A stretch of 64,000 bases of DNA, taken from positions 21,080,001 to 21,144,000 of the forward strand of contig OZ024761.1 in the NCBI GenBank assembly GCA_964016885.1, read 5' to 3'. Shown in pieces: positions 42,265 to 55,189 of this stretch; within the stretch, counting starts at the first letter, position 1, and the number at the start of each line of letters is the position of its first letter. This stretch comes from Eledone cirrhosa (Eukaryota). The notes below the pieces were generated by a model that was not told the DNA's origin, made no database searches, and saw only the letters and a program-made list of their open reading frames with translations. The position numbers and the translations under genes are program-made.

Positions 42265-42735
42265 AGATAAGTTTTCCTTCATGTTTATCCACTTTGCTTC
42301 AATTATTTCTATGATGGACTCATGTAAACCGTAAAGTACAATCCTTCTCTCCATTTCCACGCTCAATTCCGTACACAGTCCAAACAAACATCCAATCTCG
42401 CAAAATCCGAAATCTGTATTTTTTTGTTATCTATTTAAGGTTTAAATACGGTGTTTTTGTCGTATTGAACAGAACAAATCTTGCAGTTTTGCTTTTTGTT
42501 AAATCGCTTGTTAAACATTCATAACCTTCTATCTTAATTCTATCGTATTCTCAAACAAAAAAAACAAAATCCTCCCCATTCTACTTATAAATTACTTTAA
42601 ATATATATAGTATGCTACCTGAAAGTCAAAAAGCCGATCCACCCCTTCACCCTCCTGCTTCTCCACGAGGGGGCTGCGGTCAGCCACTATCTCCCCCCCC
42701 CCCTCTCTTTCTTCCCCTCTATCTCTCGCTTAGCT

Positions 42736-42772
<37 letters not shown>

Positions 42773-43243
42773 AGATAAGTTTTCCTTCATGTTTATCCAC
42801 TTTGCTTCAATTATTTCTATGATGGACTCATGTAAACCGTAAAGTACAATCCTTCTCTCCATTTCCACGCTCAATTCCGTACACAGTCCAAACAAACATC
42901 CAATCTCGCAAAATCCGAAATCTGTATTTTTTTGTTATCTATTTAAGGTTTAAATACGGTGTTTTTGTCGTATTGAACAGAACAAATCTTGCAGTTTTGC
43001 TTTTTGTTAAATCGCTTGTTAAACATTCATAACCTTCTATCTTAATTCTATCGTATTCTCAAACAAAAAAAACAAAATCCTCCCCATTCTACTTATAAAT
43101 TACTTTAAATATATATAGTATGCTACCTGAAAGTCAAAAAGCCGATCCACCCCTTCACCCTCCTGCTTCTCCACGAGGGGGCTGCGGTCAGCCACTATCT
43201 CCCCCCCCCCCTCTCTTTCTTCCCCTCTATCTCTCGCTTAGCT

Positions 43244-43280
<37 letters not shown>

Positions 43281-43752
43281 AGATAAGTTTTCCTTCATGT
43301 TTATCCACTTTGCTTCAATTATTTCTATGATGGACTCATGTAAACCGTAAAGTACAATCCTTCTCTCCATTTCCACGCTCAATTCCGTACACAGTCCAAA
43401 CAAACATCCAATCTCGCAAAATCCGAAATCTGTATTTTTTTGTTATCTATTTAAGGTTTAAATACGGTGTTTTTGTCGTATTGAACAGAACAAATCTTGC
43501 AGTTTTGCTTTTTGTTAAATCGCTTGTTAAACATTCATAACCTTCTATCTTAATTCTATCGTATTCTCAAACAAAAAAAACAAAATCCTCCCCATTCTAC
43601 TTATAAATTACTTTAAATATATATAGTATGCTACCTGAAAGTCAAAAAGCCGATCCACCCCTTCACCCTCCTGCTTCTCCACGAGGGGGCTGCGGTCAGC
43701 CACTATCTCCCCCCCCCCCCTCTCTTTCTTCCCCTCTATCTCTCGCTTAGCT

Positions 43753-43789
<37 letters not shown>

Positions 43790-44260
43790 AGATAAGTTTT
43801 CCTTCATGTTTATCCACTTTGCTTCAATTATTTCTATGATGGACTCATGTAAACCGTAAAGTACAATCCTTCTCTCCATTTCCACGCTCAATTCCGTACA
43901 CAGTCCAAACAAACATCCAATCTCGCAAAATCCGAAATCTGTATTTTTTTGTTATCTATTTAAGGTTTAAATACGGTGTTTTTGTCGTATTGAACAGAAC
44001 AAATCTTGCAGTTTTGCTTTTTGTTAAATCGCTTGTTAAACATTCATAACCTTCTATCTTAATTCTATCGTATTCTCAAACAAAAAAAACAAAATCCTCC
44101 CCATTCTACTTATAAATTACTTTAAATATATATAGTATGCTACCTGAAAGTCAAAAAGCCGATCCACCCCTTCACCCTCCTGCTTCTCCACGAGGGGGCT
44201 GCGGTCAGCCACTATCTCCCCCCCCCCCTCTCTTTCTTCCCCTCTATCTCTCGCTTAGCT

Positions 44261-44297
<37 letters not shown>

Positions 44298-44768
44298 AGA
44301 TAAGTTTTCCTTCATGTTTATCCACTTTGCTTCAATTATTTCTATGATGGACTCATGTAAACCGTAAAGTACAATCCTTCTCTCCATTTCCACGCTCAAT
44401 TCCGTACACAGTCCAAACAAACATCCAATCTCGCAAAATCCGAAATCTGTATTTTTTTGTTATCTATTTAAGGTTTAAATACGGTGTTTTTGTCGTATTG
44501 AACAGAACAAATCTTGCAGTTTTGCTTTTTGTTAAATCGCTTGTTAAACATTCATAACCTTCTATCTTAATTCTATCGTATTCTCAAACAAAAAAAACAA
44601 AATCCTCCCCATTCTACTTATAAATTACTTTAAATATATATAGTATGCTACCTGAAAGTCAAAAAGCCGATCCACCCCTTCACCCTCCTGCTTCTCCACG
44701 AGGGGGCTGCGGTCAGCCACTATCTCCCCCCCCCCCTCTCTTTCTTCCCCTCTATCTCTCGCTTAGCT

Positions 44769-44805
<37 letters not shown>

Positions 44806-45277
44806 AGATAAGTTTTCCTTCATGTTTATCCACTTTGCTTCAATTATTTCTATGATGGACTCATGTAAACCGTAAAGTACAATCCTTCTCTCCATTTCCA
44901 CGCTCAATTCCGTACACAGTCCAAACAAACATCCAATCTCGCAAAATCCGAAATCTGTATTTTTTTGTTATCTATTTAAGGTTTAAATACGGTGTTTTTG
45001 TCGTATTGAACAGAACAAATCTTGCAGTTTTGCTTTTTGTTAAATCGCTTGTTAAACATTCATAACCTTCTATCTTAATTCTATCGTATTCTCAAACAAA
45101 AAAAACAAAATCCTCCCCATTCTACTTATAAATTACTTTAAATATATATAGTATGCTACCTGAAAGTCAAAAAGCCGATCCACCCCTTCACCCTCCTGCT
45201 TCTCCACGAGGGGGCTGCGGTCAGCCACTATCTCCCCCCCCCCCCTCTCTTTCTTCCCCTCTATCTCTCGCTTAGCT

Positions 45278-45314
<37 letters not shown>

Positions 45315-45786
45315 AGATAAGTTTTCCTTCATGTTTATCCACTTTGCTTCAATTATTTCTATGATGGACTCATGTAAACCGTAAAGTACAATCCTTCTCT
45401 CCATTTCCACGCTCAATTCCGTACACAGTCCAAACAAACATCCAATCTCGCAAAATCCGAAATCTGTATTTTTTTGTTATCTATTTAAGGTTTAAATACG
45501 GTGTTTTTGTCGTATTGAACAGAACAAATCTTGCAGTTTTGCTTTTTGTTAAATCGCTTGTTAAACATTCATAACCTTCTATCTTAATTCTATCGTATTC
45601 TCAAACAAAAAAAACAAAATCCTCCCCATTCTACTTATAAATTACTTTAAATATATATAGTATGCTACCTGAAAGTCAAAAAGCCGATCCACCCCTTCAC
45701 CCTCCTGCTTCTCCACGAGGGGGCTGCGGTCAGCCACTATCTCCCCCCCCCCCCTCTCTTTCTTCCCCTCTATCTCTCGCTTAGCT

Positions 45787-45823
<37 letters not shown>

Positions 45824-46296
45824 AGATAAGTTTTCCTTCATGTTTATCCACTTTGCTTCAATTATTTCTATGATGGACTCATGTAAACCGTAAAGTACAA
45901 TCCTTCTCTCCATTTCCACGCTCAATTCCGTACACAGTCCAAACAAACATCCAATCTCGCAAAATCCGAAATCTGTATTTTTTTGTTATCTATTTAAGGT
46001 TTAAATACGGTGTTTTTGTCGTATTGAACAGAACAAATCTTGCAGTTTTGCTTTTTGTTAAATCGCTTGTTAAACATTCATAACCTTCTATCTTAATTCT
46101 ATCGTATTCTCAAACAAAAAAAACAAAATCCTCCCCATTCTACTTATAAATTACTTTAAATATATATAGTATGCTACCTGAAAGTCAAAAAGCCGATCCA
46201 CCCCTTCACCCTCCTGCTTCTCCACGAGGGGGCTGCGGTCAGCCACTATCTCCCCCCCCCCCCCTCTCTTTCTTCCCCTCTATCTCTCGCTTAGCT

Positions 46297-46333
<37 letters not shown>

Positions 46334-46805
46334 AGATAAGTTTTCCTTCATGTTTATCCACTTTGCTTCAATTATTTCTATGATGGACTCATGTAAACCG
46401 TAAAGTACAATCCTTCTCTCCATTTCCACGCTCAATTCCGTACACAGTCCAAACAAACATCCAATCTCGCAAAATCCGAAATCTGTATTTTTTTGTTATC
46501 TATTTAAGGTTTAAATACGGTGTTTTTGTCGTATTGAACAGAACAAATCTTGCAGTTTTGCTTTTTGTTAAATCGCTTGTTAAACATTCATAACCTTCTA
46601 TCTTAATTCTATCGTATTCTCAAACAAAAAAAACAAAATCCTCCCCATTCTACTTATAAATTACTTTAAATATATATAGTATGCTACCTGAAAGTCAAAA
46701 AGCCGATCCACCCCTTCACCCTCCTGCTTCTCCACGAGGGGGCTGCGGTCAGCCACTATCTCCCCCCCCCCCCTCTCTTTCTTCCCCTCTATCTCTCGCT
46801 TAGCT

Positions 46806-46842
<37 letters not shown>

Positions 46843-47313
46843 AGATAAGTTTTCCTTCATGTTTATCCACTTTGCTTCAATTATTTCTATGATGGACTCA
46901 TGTAAACCGTAAAGTACAATCCTTCTCTCCATTTCCACGCTCAATTCCGTACACAGTCCAAACAAACATCCAATCTCGCAAAATCCGAAATCTGTATTTT
47001 TTTGTTATCTATTTAAGGTTTAAATACGGTGTTTTTGTCGTATTGAACAGAACAAATCTTGCAGTTTTGCTTTTTGTTAAATCGCTTGTTAAACATTCAT
47101 AACCTTCTATCTTAATTCTATCGTATTCTCAAACAAAAAAAACAAAATCCTCCCCATTCTACTTATAAATTACTTTAAATATATATAGTATGCTACCTGA
47201 AAGTCAAAAAGCCGATCCACCCCTTCACCCTCCTGCTTCTCCACGAGGGGGCTGCGGTCAGCCACTATCTCCCCCCCCCCCTCTCTTTCTTCCCCTCTAT
47301 CTCTCGCTTAGCT

Positions 47314-47350
<37 letters not shown>

Positions 47351-47821
47351 AGATAAGTTTTCCTTCATGTTTATCCACTTTGCTTCAATTATTTCTATGA
47401 TGGACTCATGTAAACCGTAAAGTACAATCCTTCTCTCCATTTCCACGCTCAATTCCGTACACAGTCCAAACAAACATCCAATCTCGCAAAATCCGAAATC
47501 TGTATTTTTTTGTTATCTATTTAAGGTTTAAATACGGTGTTTTTGTCGTATTGAACAGAACAAATCTTGCAGTTTTGCTTTTTGTTAAATCGCTTGTTAA
47601 ACATTCATAACCTTCTATCTTAATTCTATCGTATTCTCAAACAAAAAAAACAAAATCCTCCCCATTCTACTTATAAATTACTTTAAATATATATAGTATG
47701 CTACCTGAAAGTCAAAAAGCCGATCCACCCCTTCACCCTCCTGCTTCTCCACGAGGGGGCTGCGGTCAGCCACTATCTCCCCCCCCCCCTCTCTTTCTTC
47801 CCCTCTATCTCTCGCTTAGCT

Positions 47822-47858
<37 letters not shown>

Positions 47859-48328
47859 AGATAAGTTTTCCTTCATGTTTATCCACTTTGCTTCAATTAT
47901 TTCTATGATGGACTCATGTAAACCGTAAAGTACAATCCTTCTCTCCATTTCCACGCTCAATTCCGTACACAGTCCAAACAAACATCCAATCTCGCAAAAT
48001 CCGAAATCTGTATTTTTTTGTTATCTATTTAAGGTTTAAATACGGTGTTTTTGTCGTATTGAACAGAACAAATCTTGCAGTTTTGCTTTTTGTTAAATCG
48101 CTTGTTAAACATTCATAACCTTCTATCTTAATTCTATCGTATTCTCAAACAAAAAAAACAAAATCCTCCCCATTCTACTTATAAATTACTTTAAATATAT
48201 ATAGTATGCTACCTGAAAGTCAAAAAGCCGATCCACCCCTTCACCCTCCTGCTTCTCCACGAGGGGGCTGCGGTCAGCCACTATCTCCCCCCCCCCTCTC
48301 TTTCTTCCCCTCTATCTCTCGCTTAGCT

Positions 48329-48365
<37 letters not shown>

Positions 48366-48837
48366 AGATAAGTTTTCCTTCATGTTTATCCACTTTGCTT
48401 CAATTATTTCTATGATGGACTCATGTAAACCGTAAAGTACAATCCTTCTCTCCATTTCCACGCTCAATTCCGTACACAGTCCAAACAAACATCCAATCTC
48501 GCAAAATCCGAAATCTGTATTTTTTTGTTATCTATTTAAGGTTTAAATACGGTGTTTTTGTCGTATTGAACAGAACAAATCTTGCAGTTTTGCTTTTTGT
48601 TAAATCGCTTGTTAAACATTCATAACCTTCTATCTTAATTCTATCGTATTCTCAAACAAAAAAAACAAAATCCTCCCCATTCTACTTATAAATTACTTTA
48701 AATATATATAGTATGCTACCTGAAAGTCAAAAAGCCGATCCACCCCTTCACCCTCCTGCTTCTCCACGAGGGGGCTGCGGTCAGCCACTATCTCCCCCCC
48801 CCCCCTCTCTTTCTTCCCCTCTATCTCTCGCTTAGCT

Positions 48838-48874
<37 letters not shown>

Positions 48875-49347
48875 AGATAAGTTTTCCTTCATGTTTATCC
48901 ACTTTGCTTCAATTATTTCTATGATGGACTCATGTAAACCGTAAAGTACAATCCTTCTCTCCATTTCCACGCTCAATTCCGTACACAGTCCAAACAAACA
49001 TCCAATCTCGCAAAATCCGAAATCTGTATTTTTTTGTTATCTATTTAAGGTTTAAATACGGTGTTTTTGTCGTATTGAACAGAACAAATCTTGCAGTTTT
49101 GCTTTTTGTTAAATCGCTTGTTAAACATTCATAACCTTCTATCTTAATTCTATCGTATTCTCAAACAAAAAAAACAAAATCCTCCCCATTCTACTTATAA
49201 ATTACTTTAAATATATATAGTATGCTACCTGAAAGTCAAAAAGCCGATCCACCCCTTCACCCTCCTGCTTCTCCACGAGGGGGCTGCGGTCAGCCACTAT
49301 CTCCCCCCCCCCCCCTCTCTTTCTTCCCCTCTATCTCTCGCTTAGCT

Positions 49348-49384
<37 letters not shown>

Positions 49385-49649
49385 AGATAAGTTTTCCTTC
49401 ATGTTTATCCACTTTGCTTCAATTATTTCTATGATGGACTCATGTAAACCGTAAAGTACAATCCTTCTCTCCATTTCCACGCTCAATTCCGTACACAGTC
49501 CAAACAAACATCCAATCTCGCAAAATCCGAAATCTGTATTTTTTTGTTATCTATTTAAGGTTTAAATACGGTGTTTTTGTCGTATTGAACAGAACAAATC
49601 TTGCAGTTTTGCTTTTTGTTAAATCGCTTGTTAAACATTCATAACCTTC
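37897..49649 (+). repeat. Tandem array, 23 x ~508-510 bp plus ~55-bp partial unit
   Basis: Unit start acaaatcttgcag at 37897, 38405 ... 49594; units differ essentially only in the length of a C run. Confidence 0.97.
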
Positions 49650-49882
49650 CAGCTAGCTACCCCACACCCCTCCCTCCCGCCCCCACACGCCACCATACTT
49701 AATACGTGGACCAATCATAAGCCAGAGCCCCCCCCCCCCCCCCGCATCACCACCATTATTATAAGCCAGAGCCACCCACCCCCACCCCCACGCATCACCA
49801 TTATTATTATTACGCGGACCAAATCATAAGCCAGAGGCCTATACTATCGCTTGCCCGGTTGCCTTCGATATATGATGGATGG

Positions 49883-52800
49883 ATGGATGGATGGATGGAC
49901 GGACGGACTGCGGAATCCTTGGAGAGTGGAAGGGAGAGAAAAATCTGGACGCCCAGAGCGAAAATGCCAATGCTAAAGTCAAATTCACCTCGTGGACGAG
50001 AATGCGAGCACTCTTCTTTGTTTCGCCCGCGGATGGCTAACATAACCCCATCTCCCCCCGCCCCACACCACCCCCACCCTCCAAACGCGATCCAAAACTT
50101 CAGAGTTGGTACCATAAATGTAGGCACCCTAAAGGGTCGCGCTAACGAGGTTGTAGAAATGCTTGAACGTAAGGAGGTCGATGTTTGTTGTATTCAAGAG
50201 ACCAGGTGGAGGGGTGGGTCTGCTAGATTCATTGAGGGTAAAAAACGATGTTATAAGCTTTTCTGGGTGGGAAACGACGATGGGCTGGGTGGAGTAGGAA
50301 TCATGGTAGCAGAAAAGTGGGCAGATAAGATAATAGACGTAAATAGAGTGAACGACAGAATAATTAAAATAAGACTTGTCCTCAATAGAACTACGGTGAC
50401 AGTAATATCTGCGTACGCACCCCAATCCGGACTGCCCGGCACTATAAAAGACAGATTCTATGAGACACTGTTGCTAACTACCTCCCAAATATCTGACAGT
50501 GACTATATAATTATTGCAGGCGACCTAAATGGTCACGTTGGACAACATTGTGACGGCTATGACGAAATCCATGGAGGCTATGGGTTTGGTACTAGAAATG
50601 AGGAAGGCTCCAGAATTCTGGAATACTGTGATGCAAATAACCTAACTATCTGTAACACTAACTTCAAAAAACGTGACAATCACCTGATTACCTATAGATC
50701 CGGGGAACACACAAGCCAGGTAGATTATATCCTTACCAGAAGACGTGACAGAGTGTCTGTTGTAAACACTAAATCCCTCCCCCATGAAGAATGCACCTCC
50801 CAACATAGACTGATAATTAGCGACCTCATAGTCAGGACGAGACGCACCCGACAGCAGAAGAGGACTATCCTCAGGAGGAAAATATGGAAACTAAAAGACC
50901 CCACAGCCAGAAATAAATTTCAAAGCATATTACTTGATGCTTTCGACAGTAAGGAAGAGCATCTAGAATCGGACAATATAGAGGGACAGTGGAAATTTCT
51001 GAAAGCTAACCTGCTGTTGGCGACAGACGAAGTCTGTGGCTGGAGCAGGCCTGTAGGCAGGAGGAGAGTAACATGGTGGTGGAACAGTAAGGTGGAGGGG
51101 TCAATTAAGGCCAAAAAGCAGGCTTGGAAAGTATGGCGGGATGGGGGAAGTAGAGTAGACTATCAAGTGGCCAGGAGGGAAGCTAGGAGAGAAGTGTACT
51201 TAGCAAGAAGGGAAGCTGAGGAAAGAAAGTTCAAGCATGTTCTACAACGCGATGACCAAAAACGTGAGGTGTTCAGGATTGCCAGGCAATGCGTCAAGGA
51301 AAACCGTGATATTGTCGGGGAGAAGTGTGTACTTAACGATGATGGCATACTTGCCATCACCGACACTGATAAGAAGGTAGCTTGGAAGTGTCACTATGAA
51401 AGGCTACTAAATGAGGAGAATAAATGGGAGAAAGACAGTCTCCCCCATATCGACCCGATAGAGGGACCAGCAGTGTTAGTCGAGGGGAGTATAATAAGTA
51501 AGGCAATCAAGGATATGAAGACTGGTAAGGCGGCTGGGCCTTCGGAAATAGTTGCTGAGATGCTGAAGGCATCTGGCACGGTGGGACACACCATGGTCAC
51601 CCGCATAGTTAACCAAGTCGTACAGAATGGGGTTGTTCCGAAGGACTGGCATAGCAGCATCATCGTTAACTGTTATAAGGGTAAAGGAGACGCCCTAGAT
51701 AGGAGTAACTATAGAGGCATTAAATTAATCGACCAGGTCATGAAGGTCACGGAAAAAGTAATAGCGCAACTAATCAGAGAGAGAATTGATCTAGATGAAA
51801 TGCAGTTCGGGTTTGTGTCAGGCAAAAGCACCACAGACGCTCTTTTCATAGTACGACAACTACAGGAGAAGTACCTAGCTAAAGGTAAACCCCTCTACTT
51901 AGCTTTTGTCGACCTGGAGAAAGCCTTCGACAGAGTCCCCCGCTCCATTATCTGGTGGGCTCTTAGAAAACTAGGCGTTGACGAATGGCTTGTGAGGGCT
52001 ATACAAGCCATGTATAAAGAAACAGTCAGCAAGGTTAGAATTAACAACGAATATAGTGAAGAGTTTAGCGTAAAAGTTGGCGTCCATCAGGGCTCTGTTC
52101 TCAGCCCCCTACTATTTATTATTGCCCTTCAGGCTATAACAGAGGAGTTCAAGACAGGCTGCCCATGGGAACTCCTATACGCAGACGACCTGACACTCAT
52201 AGCGGAATCAATGGCCGAGCTAGAGAAGAAATTCCAAACATGGAAGCACGGCCTAGAGTCAAAAGGACTTAAAATTAACCTGGCTAAGACCAAAGTTCTA
52301 GTTTGTAGGAAAGAAAACAAGGCGGCGGTCCCTTCTGGGAAATGGTCGTGCTCGGTATGTAGGAAAGGCGTAGGTAGAAACTCCATCTTATGTCCTAAAT
52401 GCAAAGTATGGGTGCATAAAAGATGTAGTGGGATCACAGGTAAGCTAACTAAGAACATAGACTTTACATGTGGCCGGTGTTCTGGTGCAATAAGTAGCAG
52501 CAAGTGCCCACAAAATACTAGCTCTTTCAATTGCGCAGAGGGTTTTATAGAAATAGTGGACAGCTTCCGTTACCTGGGCGATAAAATCAGCAGTGGGGGA
52601 GGGTGCTCTGAAAGTACTGTAGCTAGAGTCAGAACTGGTTGGAAAAAGTTCAGAGAGCTTATACCACTATTAGCTGCTAAAGGGTTCTCCCTAAAAATGA
52701 AAGGCAGGTTGTACGATGCCTGCATACGAACAGCAATGTTGCATGGTAGTGAGACCTGGGCATTGTGTGCAGAGGATATACGCAGACTAGAGAGGAACGA

Positions 52801-53146
52801 AGCTTGCATGCTCCGCTGGATGTGTAACAGTAATATACGTGAACGGCAAAGCATAAACGAACTAAGGAAAAAATTAGAGATAAGAGGGATCAGATGTTGT
52901 TTACTCGAGAGAAGGCTGCGTTGGTATGGACACGTGATGCGCATGAAAGTCGATAGCTGTATTACAAAGTGCAGGGCAATAAAGATAGACGGTAGCCACG
53001 GAATAGGCAGACCTAGAAAAACATGGGATGAGCTGATAAACTCCGACCTCACACACTTACACCTCTCCAAGACAATGTCACTGGACCGTGACCTTTGGCG
53101 GTACTCAGTAACAGAGAAGACCCGCCTTGCCAGTAGGCATCTCTAA
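49883..53146 (+). CDS. RTE-clade LINE ORF: AP endonuclease + reverse transcriptase + PHD-like finger
   Basis: Uninterrupted frame (49859-53146; first ATG 49883, next plausible 49964). APE motifs GTINVGTL, IQETRW, YAPQ, GDLNGHVG, SQHRL; RT motifs YRGIKL, QFGF, FVDLEKAFDRV, GVHQGSVLSP, YADD; RTE C-terminus RLRWYGHVMRM...GRPRKTW. Confidence 0.95.
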   Translation: MDGWMDGRTAESLESGRERKIWTPRAKMPMLKSNSPRGRECEHSSLFRPRMANITPSPPAPHHPHPPNAIQNFRVGTINVGTLKGRANEVVEMLERKEVDVCCIQETRWRGGSARFIEGKKRCYKLFWVGNDDGLGGVGIMVAEKWADKIIDVNRVNDRIIKIRLVLNRTTVTVISAYAPQSGLPGTIKDRFYETLLLTTSQISDSDYIIIAGDLNGHVGQHCDGYDEIHGGYGFGTRNEEGSRILEYCDANNLTICNTNFKKRDNHLITYRSGEHTSQVDYILTRRRDRVSVVNTKSLPHEECTSQHRLIISDLIVRTRRTRQQKRTILRRKIWKLKDPTARNKFQSILLDAFDSKEEHLESDNIEGQWKFLKANLLLATDEVCGWSRPVGRRRVTWWWNSKVEGSIKAKKQAWKVWRDGGSRVDYQVARREARREVYLARREAEERKFKHVLQRDDQKREVFRIARQCVKENRDIVGEKCVLNDDGILAITDTDKKVAWKCHYERLLNEENKWEKDSLPHIDPIEGPAVLVEGSIISKAIKDMKTGKAAGPSEIVAEMLKASGTVGHTMVTRIVNQVVQNGVVPKDWHSSIIVNCYKGKGDALDRSNYRGIKLIDQVMKVTEKVIAQLIRERIDLDEMQFGFVSGKSTTDALFIVRQLQEKYLAKGKPLYLAFVDLEKAFDRVPRSIIWWALRKLGVDEWLVRAIQAMYKETVSKVRINNEYSEEFSVKVGVHQGSVLSPLLFIIALQAITEEFKTGCPWELLYADDLTLIAESMAELEKKFQTWKHGLESKGLKINLAKTKVLVCRKENKAAVPSGKWSCSVCRKGVGRNSILCPKCKVWVHKRCSGITGKLTKNIDFTCGRCSGAISSSKCPQNTSSFNCAEGFIEIVDSFRYLGDKISSGGGCSESTVARVRTGWKKFRELIPLLAAKGFSLKMKGRLYDACIRTAMLHGSETWALCAEDIRRLERNEACMLRWMCNSNIRERQSINELRKKLEIRGIRCCLLERRLRWYGHVMRMKVDSCITKCRAIKIDGSHGIGRPRKTWDELINSDLTHLHLSKTMSLDRDLWRYSVTEKTRLASRHL

Positions 53147-53526
53147 CAAAATACACCCCTCCCGCCGCCACCCCCACCCCATCCACACCACCCCGTTCTA
53201 TGTAAAGTTATGTTGGTGCCGCGCCATCCAGGCCGAAACAAATGAGATCGTGTAGGTGTCACGACAAAAAAACACACAGTCCACGCTGTAATGTGGCCGT
53301 GTAGGCAACACGGTAAAAACCTCCCAGACCCACACTGTAAATGTGGTTGGTGTTAGGAAGGGCATCCAACTGTAGAAAACCTGCCAGACAGTCCTATGCG
53401 AGCAAGACAATCACTCTTGCCTCAAGTGGGACTACCCCCGTCCAAACCCATGCAAGCGTGGAACACGGACGTTAAACGTTGATGATGATGATGATGATGA
53501 TATATATATATATTATATATTATATA

Positions 53527-53599
<73 letters not shown>

Positions 53600-53666
53600 A
53601 TTATATATATATATTATATATAAATATTATATATATTATATTACATGTCTATACTTTCTATTTCAG

Positions 53667-53798
53667 GTCTAACTCCAGCTACATCACATACGATATCTGT
53701 ACGAGCCAAAAGTCTTCTTTCCAATTTTGAGGAAGAACGCAGTGACGAGAGGAAAGAACAACTAACAGAGAGGATAGAATTTAAGACTTTAGCTGGAG
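53667..53798 (+). CDS. RIMBP2: RIMS-binding protein exon (FN3-2, C-part)
   Basis: tttcag|(G)LTPATSHTISVRAKSLLSNFEEERSDERKEQLTERIEFKTLAG|gtatgc; 132 nt, phase 1-1. Confidence 0.9.
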
Positions 53799-53968
53799 GT
53801 ATGCTCATATTTATATTAATTTCCCTCCCATTAATTCCCCTATTAATTTGCCGTTAATTTTTCATTAATTTCCCCATGTGTTTTCCCCCCATTAATTTTT
53901 TTTTTTTTTTTTTTTTTCCCCCATTAATTTTCTCCATTAATTATTTTCATGATTTTTTTTGTCTGCAG

Positions 53969-54145
53969 GTTTACCTGATCCCCCACTTGATGTCCAAGTT
54001 GAAGTCGGACCTAAAGAAGGTACGGTCTTACTAACGTGGCTTCCTGTTACAATCAATTCATCAGGAATATCTCCGTCGGGCGTCATCAAAGGTTATGTTA
54101 TATACGCTGATGGGAAGAAGCTGAAAGAAGTCCATGGTCCAATAA
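53969..54145 (+). CDS. RIMBP2: RIMS-binding protein exon (FN3-3, N-part)
   Basis: tgcag|(G)LPDPPLDVQVEVGPKEGTVLLTWLPVTINSSGISPSGVIKGYVIYADGKKLKEVHGPI|gtaagt; 177 nt. Confidence 0.93.
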
Positions 54146-54464
54146 GTAAGTAGACTAATTAATTAGTTAGGTTGGTTAATTAGTTTGATTGGTTAATTAA
54201 TTATATTAGTTAATTAATTATAATGGTTAATTAATTATAATGGTTAACTAATTAGATCAGTTAACTAATTAGATTAGTTAACTAATTAGATTGGTTAACT
54301 AATTAGATTGGTTAATTAATTGGCTGGTTAAGTAATCAATTGCCTTTCATCCTTACAAGGTTGATAAAATAAAGTACCAGTAATGCACTGGGGTCAATTT
54401 AATCGACTTTTCCCTTCCCCCCCAAAAAAAAAGATGTTGGCCTTATGCTTAGAGACAATTATGA

Positions 54465-55145
54465 TTGATTGGCAGTATCGGTAGAGGGTCGGACACCATG
54501 CTAGGGCAGTGGATTGGCAGTATCGGTAGAGGGTCGGACACCATGCTAGGGCAGTGGATTGGCAGTATCGGTAGAAGGTCAGACACCATGCTAGGGCAGT
54601 GGATTGGCAGTATCGGTAGAGGGTCGGACACCATGCTAGGGCAGTGGATTGGCAGTATCGGTAGAGGGTCGGACACCATGCTAGGGCAGTGGATTGGCAG
54701 TATCGGTAGAGGGTCGGACACCATGCTAGGGCAGTGGATTGGCAGTATCGATGGAGGGTCGGACACCATGCTAGGGCAGTGGATTGGCAGTATCGGTAGA
54801 AGGTCGGACACCATGCTAGGGCAGTGGATTGGCAGTATCGGTAGAAGGTCGGACACCATGCTAGGGCAGTGGATTGGCAGTATCGGTAGAAGGTCGGACA
54901 CCATGCTAGGGCAGTGGATTGGCAGTATCGGTAGAAAGTCGGACACCATGCTAGGGCAGTGGATTGGCAGTATCGGTAGAGGGTCGGACACCATGCTTTG
55001 ACGCATAGAGTTACGGCCCTTTCCTATCTGAGTTCAAATGCCACCGAGGTTAACTTTGCCTTTCATCCTTATGGTGTCGATAAAATAAAGTACCAGTAAT
55101 ACACTGGGATAATTGCTGGCATTGTACCAAAAAGTAGAAACAACT
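54465..55145 (+). mobile_element. SINE family B with ~12 tandem 45-bp head repeats
   Basis: Unit gggcagtggattggcagtatcggtagagggtcggacaccatgcta followed by a normal SINE body. Confidence 0.9.
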
Positions 55146-55189
55146 ATTATTATTAATATTTGCTATTTTCCTCTCATTTACTTCCGCAG

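Larger units (their letters stand above)
37897..53500 (+). mobile_element. Full-length RTE LINE including upstream 509-bp monomer array, ORF, 3' UTR and (GAT)n tail
   Basis: Bounded by (TA)n on both sides; 3' end gttaaacgtt(gat)n at ~53471-53500. Including the array in the element is an inference; the unique part starts at 49650. Confidence 0.7.

Noticed and set aside
38035-49434. Repeated 69-70 aa ORFs in the 509-bp monomers
   Set aside because: Frame depends on C-run length, crosses a (CA)n tract, no recognisable domain
50129-53070. Antisense ORFs over the LINE
   Set aside because: Shadow frames of the RT ORF with no independent motifs
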